64,000 bases of DNA from Eledone cirrhosa (taxonomy: Eukaryota), in assembly GCA_964016885.1 (NCBI GenBank), contig OZ024759.1:14694001-14758000 (forward strand), in the 5' to 3' direction. Made by a program: the position numbers and the translations under genes. Positions 38,071 to 50,810 of this stretch are shown piece after piece (positions within the stretch are counted from its first letter, which is position 1; the number at the start of each line of letters is the position of its first letter). The notes beneath the pieces are model-generated. The model was not told where the DNA came from. It did not search any database and saw nothing but the letters and a program-made list of their open reading frames with translations.

Positions 38071-38104
<34 letters not shown>

Positions 38105-38108
<4 letters not shown>

Positions 38109-38200
38109 TTTGGGCGGGTAAAATTGCTGACATCCCTGTATGAGTTCTCTCCAGCGGTCTCTCTCCTTCACCATCGCCGCCATGTCCTGCCTCTCCCAGT
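38105..38200 (-). mobile_element. Probable 3' end fragment of an RTE-like LINE
   Basis: Peptide QDMAAMVKERDRWRELIQG resembles the A..R..WR terminal motif; followed by a (TA)n tail. Confidence 0.4.
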
Positions 38201-38427
38201 TTGTCAGTGTAGGGGATCCCACAGGACCACTGAGTGCAGTGTCAACCCTGAATGTCAGAGTACACACAGTTATTCATTTCAATACAACACACGTATATAT
38301 ATATATATATATATATACATATACACGTGTATATATATATATACACAATCTAGCTAACTTGGTCGTTTACAATACAAACGCTTATATGTTCATATTGGTG
38401 TTTATCATATATTAATTTATATTAACT

Positions 38428-38495
<68 letters not shown>

Positions 38496-38498
<3 letters not shown>

Positions 38499-38713
38499 GT
38501 AGAACACTGGAAGGTGATATCCGTAGTGGTAGAACACTCAGTCTATGGGACGAGTTAGGTAGAAGTGGTTACACAACAGTTAGTTCGCCATACCGAGAAC
38601 AATTGTTTCACCTTAGCGGATCCTCAGCTCGTAATGGACGTCCATTACGAGCTGAGCATCCGTTAAGGTGAAACGATTGTTCTCGGTATGGTGAACTAAC
38701 TGTTGTGTAACCA

Positions 38714-38716
<3 letters not shown>
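38496..38716 (-). mobile_element. Hammerhead element family B: 154-bp palindrome (38563-38716) plus ~67-bp tail, between (TA)n tracts
   Basis: Spacerless inverted repeat centred at 38639/38640, with four mismatches. Confidence 0.85.
38594..38631 (-). ncRNA. Minimal type I hammerhead motif (mutated mirror copy at 38648-38685, +)
   Basis: Reverse strand reads CGAG CTGAGGA TCCGCTAAGGT GAAA CAATTG TT CTCG; stem III palindrome ACAATTGT; the plus copy has CTGAGCA and CGATTG. Confidence 0.8.
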
Positions 38717-38759
<43 letters not shown>

Positions 38760-38766
<7 letters not shown>

Positions 38767-39278
38767 GTTTATGTGTATATATCGAATTATCCGACATATA
38801 TATATATATGTATGTTTATGTGTATATATCGAATTATCCGACATATATATATATATGTATGTTTATGTGTATATATCGAATTATCCGACATATATATATA
38901 TGTATGTTTATGTGTATATATCGAATTATCCGACATATATATATATATATATATGTTTATGTGTATATATCGAATTATCCGACATATATATATATATATA
39001 TGTTTATGTGTATATATCGAATTATCCGACATATATATATATATATGTTTATGTGTATATATCGAATTATCCGACATATATATATATGTATGTTTATGTG
39101 TATATATCGAATTATCCGACATATATATATATATATATGTTTATGTGTATATATCGAATTATCCGACATATATATATATATATGTTTATGTGTATATATC
39201 GAATTATCCGACATATATATATATGTTTATGTGTATATATCGAATTATCCGACATATATATATATATGTATGTTTACA
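38760..39278. repeat. Minisatellite, ~12 copies of a ~45-bp unit (atgtttatgtgtatatatcgaattatccgac(at)n)
   Basis: Direct inspection. Confidence 0.95.
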
Positions 39279-39933
39279 TATCGCATTAGCCAATATATAT
39301 ATGTGTATATGTGTATGTATGTATGTATATATATATGTATATATATATATATAATATTTACATGTATATATCAAATTATTCGCTACCTTGAACTTGTCTC
39401 TACATGCTGACATATGTCTAAATTCTTTCCCATCAACATTAAATTTGATCTGCTTGTCGTTTTATGAAAATATATTAAATTTCTTTTGCCCACCAATTTC
39501 ATAACATACATTTTCTTCTGTTGATCAAACAACTGAGACAAAAGCCGTCCAAATCAACAGTTCTAATAATGTAGGCACATTTTCAATCTCAAATTTTTAG
39601 TACTTCTAGAAAAACGGCTGCGAATATAATCTAAGCATTTATTAGACTTTTCTTTTCAAACCTCTGATGTACACAGTCGTCTCTGGAACTGATTATTATG
39701 TAATCCTGTTGACTTTACGTAAGAATAAACTCAGACACGTACACACATACATATATGTATCTACTGAATGCATATATATATACTTATATATATATTTATA
39801 TATATATATACACACACACATATATACATACATTTCTACACACACACACACACACACAACCTATCTCTCTCATATATATATAAAGGCACACACACACACA
39901 CACATATAACCTCTCTCTCATATATATATATAG

Positions 39934-40006
<73 letters not shown>

Positions 40007-40379
40007 AAAAATAAATAAAGCATATATATATACACATATGTACGGGTCTATAGGTGAACGAGAGTGAAGAATGAATAGGATTATGAGTTGATTTAATGCC
40101 AAAGACTACGTAGTAGAAATAATTATGTGTACAACTCTTGCTTTTTATTAGTAGATTATTCTGGCAGCAATACCTTTCTATGTCTTTATATGTCAAAAGT
40201 GAAGACAACAGACAAGGAAATCCTCTGTTCCATAATCGGATTACTCACTTTGGAGTTGGAAGAAAGTTGAATTTTTAATCTCTGGTGTCGAAAACAAAAC
40301 ATGTTAGCAACTCAACTTTAGTTTTACGACTTTCATTTCGTTTCTTCCCTTCCCAATTATAAAAACAAAACAAGGAGAT

Positions 40380-41110
40380 TAGTATTTCGTCGACTTTGAA
40401 AATATAATTATTAGAGCGTCAGTAAAAAATACCTTACAGCCTTTAGTTAGCGGATCTTCATGTTTTAAGTGAGTGAGTTCTATTCTTGCTGCGGTTACCC
40501 TTACTTTTTATACTTCAAGCCTCGATAAAATAAAGTACAGCGCCCACTCTACTAGGATTTAAGGGTCCTTACAGTACAATATATTGTGTGGTCAAGTATG
40601 AAATTTGAAGAAATTTGTAGAAAAAAAAAGAAATTTCTACAAATTTCATACTTGACGACCCATAGAACATTGCAATTGGAAGAAATGAATTGCTCGTCAC
40701 TCCTTGTAGAGCTTCTGATACCATTGGAGTGGACAAAATAGTGTTTCTCATAGTAGGACGTAGCAATATTTTGGTGGAGTGTGTGACTTCAGAATGGGGT
40801 ATGTATACGATTTCAGACAAGTATTGGAGGTCGATATAATTGACTTTCCCCTTTCATCAAATTTCTCGCTGTGTCTAAATTATAAACCATCAAAGTCTTG
40901 GATTGGCAAAATCGTTAGAACGTCGGATAAATGTGTTGTTTCAGTTCGTTACATTCTGGCTTTAAATCAGACAAAATAACCCATGCCTTTCAACCTTCAA
41001 GCGTCGATAAAACAAAGCAATAGCTAAGTCTGGAATAATTATATGCAAATTTACCCTCCGCCAACGATAATAAGGGGGATCCCACCACAAAAAAATCTTA
41101 TGCTGGTCTT
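40380..41110 (+). mobile_element. Two old, degenerate tRNA-SINE copies (about 40380-40540 and 40905-41110)
   Basis: Residual cctcgataaaataaagtac and gcctttcaaccttcaagcgtcgataaaacaaag. Confidence 0.5.
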
Positions 41111-41174
41111 ATTCTTAATTTAGAAACTATTTGAGAAGCAAAGTAAAAAGTGGCTTCTATGAAATGGAAAAGTG

Positions 41175-41770
41175 TTATTACTAATAAGACCAGCGGTGTA
41201 AAGGGAAGGAGAAGGTCGATTAAATTAACTCCAGTGTATTACTGGTACTTTATCTTACCGATTCCGTAAGAGGAAAGGCAAAGCTAACCTCGGCGGGATT
41301 TGAACTCGGGACGTAACTGTATGCCGCAAAACTTATTCGATACTCTATCCCACACCCAACGCCCCACCCTGAAATATCCTTAAATAATTATTTCTACTTT
41401 TGAGACAAGGCCAGCAATTATCCCAGTGCATTACTGGTACTTTATTTTATCGACCGCGTAAGGATGAAAGGCAAAGTTAACCTCGGCGGAATTTGAACTC
41501 GGAACATAAAGGGCCGTAACTCTATGCTAGAAAGCATGGTGTCCAACTCGCTACCGATACTGCCAATCCACCGCCCTATATCCCCAAAATAATGTTTTCT
41601 GATTAAATTGACCCCAGTTCGTTACTAGCATTTTATTTTTATCGACCCCGTAATGATGAAAAATAAAGCCAACTTCGACGGGATTTGAACTCACAACGTA
41701 AAGAAACGTAACTGTAATCCGCAAATCTTGTTATCCGATGCTCCACCGATATTGCAAGTCTACTGCCCTT
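41175..41770 (-). mobile_element. Three tandem tRNA-SINE copies (about 41175-41345, 41383-41577 and 41600-41770)
   Basis: Each has ttttatcgacccc...gaaaggcaaag...cggcgggatttgaactc or a close variant. Confidence 0.85.
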
Positions 41771-42586
41771 GAAATAACCGAAACAATAAAAAAAGACAAA
41801 TATTTACATTCGTGACTGGTAGAAAGACAGTGAAACGTTGGATGTATTTAATTGAATGTTTAAACTAGGATAGAATGGCTCTTTATTTTGGCAAGCTTAT
41901 TTTATTGGAGCGTTTTATGATTGAAACTGCAATCACACATCATATCTGCATAAAAATATTTGCTGTATAATTTTCACTAAAGAAAAAATAAAAAAAATTC
42001 TCAGCGTGAAATTTTTTTATATCTTTTTTTTTTTTCAGGAGTTAACTCTCCCAGTTTTTGAAAAGAACAGACAGATAAATAAATAAATAAAATATTTAAA
42101 TAAAATAAATAATTAAATGAAGAAGAAGAATTGGCAAAATTCAAAATAAAATAAAATAAAATAAATTTAAAGCAATACAGACAAATACAACCTCAAATCG
42201 CCCTACCCCTAAAAAATGTAAAGAAACAAGGAAAACATACACACGCATACATATGCGCACACACATAAACCCACAGAAACAAGAATAGCAAAAGAACACA
42301 CACATACACACACACATACCCATTCAAAAACATGGAAAACATACATACATACACGCACGCACGCAGGCACGCACACACACCACACACACACACACAGAAA
42401 AGACACGTGCACATAGACACACCCACACACAAACAAACGAATAAAATTAAAATGCGCAAACACTAAATGTAGTGGAAAAGCGCACACGCACACACCGAGC
42501 CACACACACACACACACACACACCGAGCTACACATACACACACACACACACACACCGAGCCACACACACACACACACACACCGAGC

Positions 42587-42617
<31 letters not shown>

Positions 42618-42711
42618 CGAGCCACACATACACACACATACACACACATGATCCAAAACAACAGAGAGAGGACAATAGCTGAGAAAAAGAAATGTAACGA
42701 GTGTTGTAATA

Positions 42712-42900
42712 TAACTGTTTCTACTTTAGGCACAAGGCCAGCAATTACCCAGTGCATTACTGGTACTTTATTTTATCGACCCCGTAAGGATGAAAGGCAA
42801 AGTCAACCTCGGCGGGATTTGAACTCAGATCGTAAAGGGACGTAACTATGCTGGTAAGCATGGCGTCCGACCCTCTACTGATACTGCCAATCCACCGCCC
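42712..42900 (-). mobile_element. Full-length tRNA-SINE with a 12-bp target-site duplication
   Basis: AGTGTTGTAATA at 42700-42711 and 42901-42912. Confidence 0.92.
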
Positions 42901-43499
42901 AGTGTTGTAATAACGAAGCCTGTCAGTACTTTGTAAAGTTCTGGTACATTTCTACCACAGAACCCTAAATCTACAACGAACTCCCACAACCTGTTAAAGG
43001 TTTTTCAGGGAATTTTCTAAACATTGGAATCAATGGATCATACTTGACTCCGTTTCCCTCTTTCTTTTCTAAAACGGCTTTTTAAAAAATTCTTTTTCTT
43101 CTTTTTCTTTTTCTTTTCTTCTTCTAGTTCATTTTCCTTTTCTTCTTTTTCATTTGTTTCTTCTTCTTTTTCCTCTTTTTCTTCTTTTTCTTCTCCTTTT
43201 CCCCCCTCTCCTCCCCTCTCTACACACAGGAAACAAGAATTAATTCCCCCCTCCCCTCCCCCTCCCCCTCTCTCTCTTCTCCAATGAAAACACTTCCTAT
43301 TAAAAGTTCTCGGGTTATATTACCTTTCAACTTTTCCACAAAATTATTTCCATCACCAGATCAATCGTTATTGTAATTGGTGGAGTTTTACCGAAATTCA
43401 TCGATAGATCGATATTTCTATATATATATCAGGAAAACGCAGGGGACTTTCACTCACTGTTGGTGGTTCCCCTGTCCGTCATTCGCTGATTAGTTTTAC

Positions 43500-44010
43500 T
43501 ATTACTGCAACTTCTACTAGTATTACTGCAAATACTACTACTGTAACTATTGCTACTGCAACTAGTACTGCTGCTGCTACTACTGCTACTGCTACTACTG
43601 CTGCTACTACTGCTGCTGCTACTACTACTGCTGCTACTACTACTGCTGCTACTACTACTGCTGCTACTACTACTACTACTGCTGCTGCTACTACTACAAC
43701 TACTACTAGCACCACTACTACTGCTGCAACTGCTGCTGCTGCTACTACTACTGCAACTACTACTAGCACCACTACTACTGCAACTACAACTATTACTAGC
43801 ACCACCACTGCTACTACTGCTAAAATGACGACAGTGATGCCCTCTTGTAGTTGTTGCAGTCACTGTTGATGTTATTGTTGTTGTAGTCACAGTTGTTGTA
43901 GTTATTGTTGTTGCTACTACTGTTGTTGTAATCACTGTAGTTATTATTGTCACTGCTGTAGTTAGTGTTGTTATAGCCCCTGTTGTTCTTGTTATTGTTG
44001 TTGTCGTTAT
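43500..44010. repeat. (CTA/CTG)n and (GTT)n trinucleotide low-complexity tract
   Basis: Direct inspection. Confidence 0.9.
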
Positions 44011-44794
44011 ACCCATTTCTATCGTCACATTTCTATTTGAAAGATTATGAAAACCAACAGAAAAAGTCCCACTGTTCTTTTTAAAATTAGTTTTTCTTTT
44101 CTATATCTGAAGATATCAATCCACAAACTTGAGGCCAAGAATGGAACCACTATACAGTTCATTTAACAACTAAATACAATAGTTAAACACTCCTTTAAGT
44201 CACACGCACTGTCTTAATTTAAATGAAAATTGAACGGACATCTAAGAATAGATTGAATAATGTAGTCTTAGATGCACGTTGCCCGGAGGAGGGAAATTAG
44301 TGTACTATCAGTGGAAAATTTTCGTTCACAGGATCGACCTCGTGGTTAAACAACAACAACAATCACAACAACAGCAACTGTGATGACAATAACAATAATA
44401 ACAATAACAATAATAAAAATATAACAATAACAATAATAACAATAATAAAAATATGCAAATGTGTTAGGGTATAGAGAATGTGATCGTAGGGCTTTCACGA
44501 TTTTTTGAAAGATCATTATTAGCTGGATCGATGAATTGAACTGGATTGAAAAGAGTCATGAATCAATCAAATGAAAAGCGAGGCTATCTAGCCATAGAAA
44601 CTCCTTCGATATTTTTTAAACGATTATTTAGGAGTAAAGACAATTGGCAAAATGGCGGAGTAGTTAAAACATTGGTTAGAAACCTTTGCGGTATTCTTTC
44701 CAGCTCCCTGCACTCTTTGAGTTCAAATCCGACTGAGGGTAATTTTGGCTCCTGTGGAGGTCGATGCAAATATGAATTACTCCAGTACTAGGAT

Positions 44795-45060
44795 CGATTC
44801 TTTTTCTTCGTTTTCTTCGTCGTCGTCTTCTCCGTTTTCTTCGACGTCTTCTTCTTCTTCGTTTCCTTCTTCTTCGTTTCCTTCTTCTTCGTTTTCTTTG
44901 TCTTCGTTTTCTTTGTCTTCGTTTTCTTTGTCTTCGTTTTCTTCGTCTTCGTTTTTCTTTTCTTTTCTTCTTCTTTTCTTTTCTTCTTCTTTTCTTTTCT
45001 TCTTCTTTTCTTCTTCTTTTCTTCTTCTCCTTCTTGCTGTTGTTTGTGTTGTTGTTCGTT
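44795..45060. repeat. (CTT)n-rich polypyrimidine tract
   Basis: Direct inspection. Confidence 0.9.
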
Positions 45061-45939
45061 TTCAACTTCGTCTCTCACTCTTTCCCCCTCTCTCTTGAAT
45101 CTGTTGTGTTCCAACCAAGGAAGAGATGAGCCTCACCATGGTTAAAGTAGACAAAACATACCGTATGTAATAACGTCGTCCCTGCGATTCTATCAAGGAC
45201 TCCGTCACAGTCAAGTACAGCATAGTAGTAGAATGGAAAGATTTATAACAATACAGCTTCACAACGGTACATCTACTTCAACATAGTTCAGCTTCATTAC
45301 AGTAGCTTTTCACGCATACGCACATGCACGCACGCACGCACGCGCACACACATGCACACACACACACATGCACACACATAGACATGCATACACATACAGA
45401 CATGCACACGCATACAGACATGCACACAAATACGCATAAAATCATACACATGTAAAAACACAACACACACACACATACAAAACAAATATAATAATGACAC
45501 ACACAATCACAAAATCACACACATACACACTCACACACACTCATACATACTCTCATACACACACTTATACATACTCTCATTCACACTTTCATACACACTC
45601 ATATACACACTCTCATACAATCACACACACAAAATTACACACAAAATTACTCACACATTCGCACAGTCACACACCCAATCACAGAAAAGTACACACCAAA
45701 AGCCAGTACGTATCCCAGTGATTCCCAACGTGTTTAATTAGAGGAAAACATGTGAAAGAAAAGAGAAATAATAATTAGAGAAATAAAAAAAAAATAATTA
45801 AAAAATCGATATCAAAATCTGAAATATGAAAAAATCTTTCGACTGAATCAAACCTGAATTTGGAAATAGAAATGTCGAACGGCTCGACACGTTTAGGAAG
45901 TTATAATTACTAGTAATAATAATAATAGAAGCAATTGTA

Positions 45940-46410
45940 TCAATGATGTTGGTGGTGATGATGGTGTTGATGGTGATGGTGATCGTGAAGATGATGGTGG
46001 TGGTGATGGTGATAGTGATCGTGAAGATGAAGATGGTGGTGATGGTGATAGTACTGAAGGTGATGGGGATGATGGTGGTGGTGATAGTGGTGATGATGGT
46101 TATGATGGTGGTGGTGATGATTGGGATAGTGCTGCTGCTGATGGTGGTGATGGTGATAATGGTGGTGATGATGACAAGGATAATGGTGATTGTCATGATG
46201 ACAACGATGATGATGATGGTGATGACGATGATGATAATGGTGATGATGATGGTGATGACAACGATGTCAACGATGATGGTTATGGTCATGATAAAGATGA
46301 TGATGATGGTAATAACAGCAACATTAATAATATATACATAATAATAATGATGATGATGATGGTGTTAATAATGATGTTGATGGTGATGATGATCATCATG
46401 ATAATAATAT
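45940..46410. repeat. (GAT/GGT)n trinucleotide tract
   Basis: Direct inspection. Confidence 0.9.
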
Positions 46411-46414
46411 TAAT

Positions 46415-46540
46415 TGTATTATTTTATCGACCCTCTAAGTATGAAAGGCAAAGTTAACCACGGCGGGATTTGAGCCCATACCGTAAAGGGCCGTAACTCT
46501 ATGGTGCAAAGCATGGCGTCCGTCCCTCTTCTGATACTGA
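46415..46540 (-). mobile_element. tRNA-SINE, partial
   Basis: Homology to the other copies. Confidence 0.8.
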
Positions 46541-47256
46541 ATAACAGTTTATTATATTAATGAGTAAATAATGAATCTCGATTCATCATCCAGCATATAC
46601 ACACCACACTTATATACACATATATATATATATATATACATATACTCATATAGACACACATACATACAAATACATACATATATATATATTCGTATATACA
46701 TACACACACTTATAGACATATACGCACACACACAAACACAAGCACATACAAACACACACACACATATATATATATACATACACACATATATATACACATA
46801 TACACACATATATACACACATACATATGTATATACATATATACATACACGTACTGATATATAAACACACATACACACACTTTAAGAAATCATTTTTATTA
46901 GTATGATATCGTAGAGGAGTAAAACAGACGATATGTAACTCTAAAAACAGACGATACTTCGTGTACATATCCACATATAGACAAGCATTCACATATATAT
47001 ACATACATTGTGTGTAATGTATATATAACTAAATATACATAAACACACATACACGCATATATAGATATTATATGTACAGATTGAAGAATGTCTAATTTCA
47101 CACTTTTACGGGATTTTCTGTTTCAAAAGATCCCTTAGAGGGTGAAAGCAGCTATTCTTTGCTGAATCTGTACAAATAATAAATATTTGCTCTACGGGTT
47201 TTATATATATAATTTATATATATGAACCTTCGGATTTTAGTCTTCATAATTATTAT

Positions 47257-47293
<37 letters not shown>

Positions 47294-47294
<1 letters not shown>

Positions 47295-47810
47295 CTTTGG
47301 GAGGTCATGCTGCCAATAAAAACACACACCTGTTAGTTTTCACTTCAATTTATAGATTTCCTGTTGGCTGGTTGGTTCGATAACCGGATGGTTGTTTATA
47401 TATTGTCAAAGCTATTTCGTCACACATTCTGTGACTCCGTCAGTAACTAGGTTTTTATTTTCGTCTCTGCTTTGTTCTGTCATACACCATCTTGTAATCT
47501 TGTAGGACAGAACAAAGGAGAGACACAAAATAAAACCCTAGTCACTGAGGGGGACCTAGTCACAGAATGTGACGAAAGAGCTTTCAATATCTGTCACAAC
47601 CACTCTGCCTTCCCGTGGTCCGATTTAAACGAAACTTGTTTTATTCCATTTGTATTCCCATTTCAGGGGCAACTTTCAAAGTATTTTCCCATTATGCGCC
47701 GTTTTGGCTGTATTACATTAAAGGCAAGCAAGCAACCACAAAGTTTTAGTAATATATGTATATAGATTGACATGAAAAGCAACAGGTGCCTGTGTTTTTA
47801 TTGGCAGTAT
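47294..47810. mobile_element. Hammerhead element family C with outer and inner inverted repeats
   Basis: Outer IR 47310-47342 / 47773-47807; inner IR about 47405-47480 / 47505-47587; hammerhead remnants at 47405-47447 (-) and 47541-47587 (+), with stem II GTCAC...GTGAC followed by GAAA. Confidence 0.7.
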
Positions 47811-47891
47811 AACATTTGTTTCAATACACGTTTTCAGATAAATCTTGCAAAAAAAAAAAAATTAAAAAACGAAGTACATATATATACATAC

Positions 47892-47926
<35 letters not shown>

Positions 47927-47928
<2 letters not shown>

Positions 47929-48025
47929 ATAATTGTTTCTACTTGAGGCACAAGGCCATCAATTACCCAGAGCATTACTGGTACATTATTTTAGCGACCC
48001 CGTAAGGATGAAAGGCAAAGTCAAT
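47927..48025 (-). mobile_element. tRNA-SINE 3' half, interrupted by a palindrome
   Basis: Homology to the other copies ends at caaagtcaa. Confidence 0.8.
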
Positions 48026-49375
48026 CTGAGAACGCAGAAGTGAATATTTTAAAAAACGTTTTTTGAAATATTCACTTCTGCGTTCACAGATTGACTTTGT
48101 TAGTTTCAGAAGATCCCGTTAAGGGTGAAAGCAGCGATTCTTTGCTTAAACTTTAATCTGTTATTTTAATAAATATATATATATATATAATACAAGAAAG
48201 TAAGTGAGCTGTGTGGTTACTGTAAACAGTTTAGGATGGTAATATGGACGAAACAAGTGAAGAAACCCTTCATCAGCTGTAAACCATAGATCATAGATGT
48301 TTCGACGCTCAATACAGGACATCAAAAGCGATCAGCGGCGCGCCCAAGCCCTTTTATCGATCAAAAGGCCAGGATGGAAAGAAAAGTAGTGAGGAGAGAG
48401 GAAGAAAGAGAAAAAACGAGGCAAACAGAACGAAGGAGGGGGGATGTAGAACAATGGAACATGCAAGTGAGTAATCGAGAAAAAAATAGAATAGAATAAG
48501 TTATAACGAACCGATTAGACTTAAGTCTGGTGGTGCAATATACGTATATATTATATCCGGTTCCTTTCCACCGGCACAGGTTGAAAAAGTTGGTCCTCCA
48601 AGCCAAAGAAAGGAACTTTCTTGGTATGGCACCATTGTAGTAACTGGGATTAATAATTATATTAAGACTCGTATACAGACTTATGTTGCTCTAGACGTTG
48701 TTTATTTCTACCACGTTATTACCACTATACACACACTCACGTGCACACCTACATATATCTATATATGCATATGTATAGGTTTATATGTACATACACACGC
48801 ACACACACATATACACACACACACACATACATACACACACACATATATATATACGCACGGATATATACGCACGCATATACACGTACATGAAAAGACACGC
48901 ACACACACACACACACATATACATACACACTTACACACACTATACACATGCATACACACATATATGTGTATACACATGCATACACACACACACACGTGTG
49001 TCTGTCTGTGTTTAATAGGAATATACTGTCGACATTATTACCCGAAAGCAACAGAAGTGATAAATCTGAAATAGCCCGATTCACATTCAATGATAAAAGG
49101 GAAAGAAATTCATTGTCTGAGAGTGACAACTATTAATTCAGTTTGGACAGCTCCTTGTTAAAGGTATATAGACGAGATATAGAAGTCGGACAGAGAATAG
49201 CAATAAGAAATTCCCATGGAAAATTCATTTACGTTTCCGAGATCTGGTTGTAAATGCAGTTAAATACATCGTCACTGCAATTGGAAGCATGTGGGCCAGG
49301 CGTAGCTTAATTAGCAGATATTGCCCATCTGTTGTTGGTATAGTACATGCATTCATACATACATACACGCACGCA

Positions 49376-49412
<37 letters not shown>

Positions 49413-49417
<5 letters not shown>

Positions 49418-49593
49418 TCTACTTTTGGCACAAGGCCAGCAATTATCCAAGTGCATTACTGGTGTTTTATCGATCCCGTAAGGATGAAAGGCAAAGTTAA
49501 CCTCGGCGGGATTTGAACTCAGACCGTAAAAGAGCGTAACTCTATGCTACAAAGCATGGCATCCGACCCTCTACTGATACTACCAATCCACCG

Positions 49594-49595
<2 letters not shown>
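49413..49595 (-). mobile_element. Full-length tRNA-SINE inserted in (TA)n
   Basis: Homology to 42712-42900. Confidence 0.88.
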
Positions 49596-49653
<58 letters not shown>

Positions 49654-49914
49654 GGTTTGAGGTTCACCACTGTATAGAGCTGGTCTATTCCGTATGGTCA
49701 ATCGTAATGCAATAATATAGAGAGTACTCAACGTAAAGCAGTTCAACCGTCTTTGTTTTTGTAGTTGGTGGTGCTATTACGGAACCCGGTCATTGAAATG
49801 ATCATAGTATAATAAACCTTTCAAGGATTTACACAAATCCAGCCTCCTGTCATTTCATTATATATATATATATATATAAAAGAAAAATGTATGTATGTAT
49901 GTATATAGATATAT

Positions 49915-50386
49915 GCTCGGGTTGTCGGCGACTAAACCCGCAACCCCACCAAGCTAGCTTGGCGAGGAGGGAGATATTTGGACACCCTGTGTGTTGAAAT
50001 ACAAGATCCGGCAAAGGGCGGAGGAACTCAGCAGAGTCAATAGCCATCGAAATAGAACTTTTGTTTTCTCACCTGGGAGTGAAAGGTGCCCGGTTGTTGT
50101 CACAACACCTTTCTAGGAGAAAGAAACTGTAAAAAAAAAAAAAAATTTTTTTAAAAACCTGCGATTTCTGAAGCATCCGATGATGTTGACCAGTTCTCCT
50201 TTTCGGGTAGTGTTTTGGATGCTCAGAGAGTGGGATTGGTCGAGTGCAAGGCTTTTCCCCACTTAAAAAACTTCAAAGCACAAGCATTGCTTGTTCAGGT
50301 TATGTTACTAGTTCGTGTGTTTGGCCGTAGCCTAAAAGTGCAACATTTTCTGTAATCTGACAACTCTTAGCAGAGTTTGCAGCCAG
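49915..50386 (+). mobile_element. Diverged relative of the 6743-8208 non-autonomous RTE-derived element
   Basis: Shares ggcgactaaac..gcaaccccaccaag...gaggaggg, agagtcaat.gccatc, ctaggaga, tgatgttgac, agagagtggga, gcattgct and the terminal gagtt.gcagcca(ta)n. Confidence 0.7.
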
Positions 50387-50391
50387 TATAT

Positions 50392-50437
<46 letters not shown>

Positions 50438-50444
50438 GTATGTA

Positions 50445-50810
50445 TGTTGATTGCTACTTTTTGACAGAAGAGTGCCATTGGTCATTGCACGGTCACGTGT
50501 ACGCAGGTGACCTTTTAGATCATCTTTTGTTTTGCCGGCTCGTTCACCGATGTGACACTTGGACTGCCTGCATTCTACCATGTCTGGTCAGTCCACCAGC
50601 AAATTTAGCCACACTCATTGCAAATGTAAAGCTGAGGGCGTGGTGGTAGAGCCACTTCACACGTGGCTCCATCTCTCTCTGGCTCCCGTGACTTTAAATT
50701 TTTGCCAAATCCTGCTCTGGAGAGAACTCGTCTACATACATTGCACCTTAATTCCTGATGGACTTTTGCAAGCTGTGCACATGGGTCTCGTTTACGGAGT
50801 TAACGTTTCA
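50445..50810 (-). mobile_element. Probable decayed RTE-like LINE 3' fragment
   Basis: Degenerate terminal zinc-finger-like peptide CHIGERAGKTKDDLKGHLRT followed by a (TACA/TA)n tail. Confidence 0.4.

Noticed and set aside
38760-39278. CRISPR-like appearance of repeated cores with spacers
   Set aside because: The spacers are only variable (TA)n, there are no cas genes, and the context is eukaryotic
40569-40979. Short ORFs of 66-83 aa between degenerate SINEs
   Set aside because: No recognisable homology or convincing splice context
43450-46341. Poly-S/T/L/V/K/R/M ORFs
   Set aside because: Trinucleotide and purine/pyrimidine simple repeats with no domain content
48213-48330. Hammerhead-like fragments on the minus strand (CTGATGAAGG...CCTAAACTGTTTACAGTA; TTGATGT...CGAAAC)
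   Set aside because: GAAA or the core is mutated and stem I does not pair; at most decayed remnants
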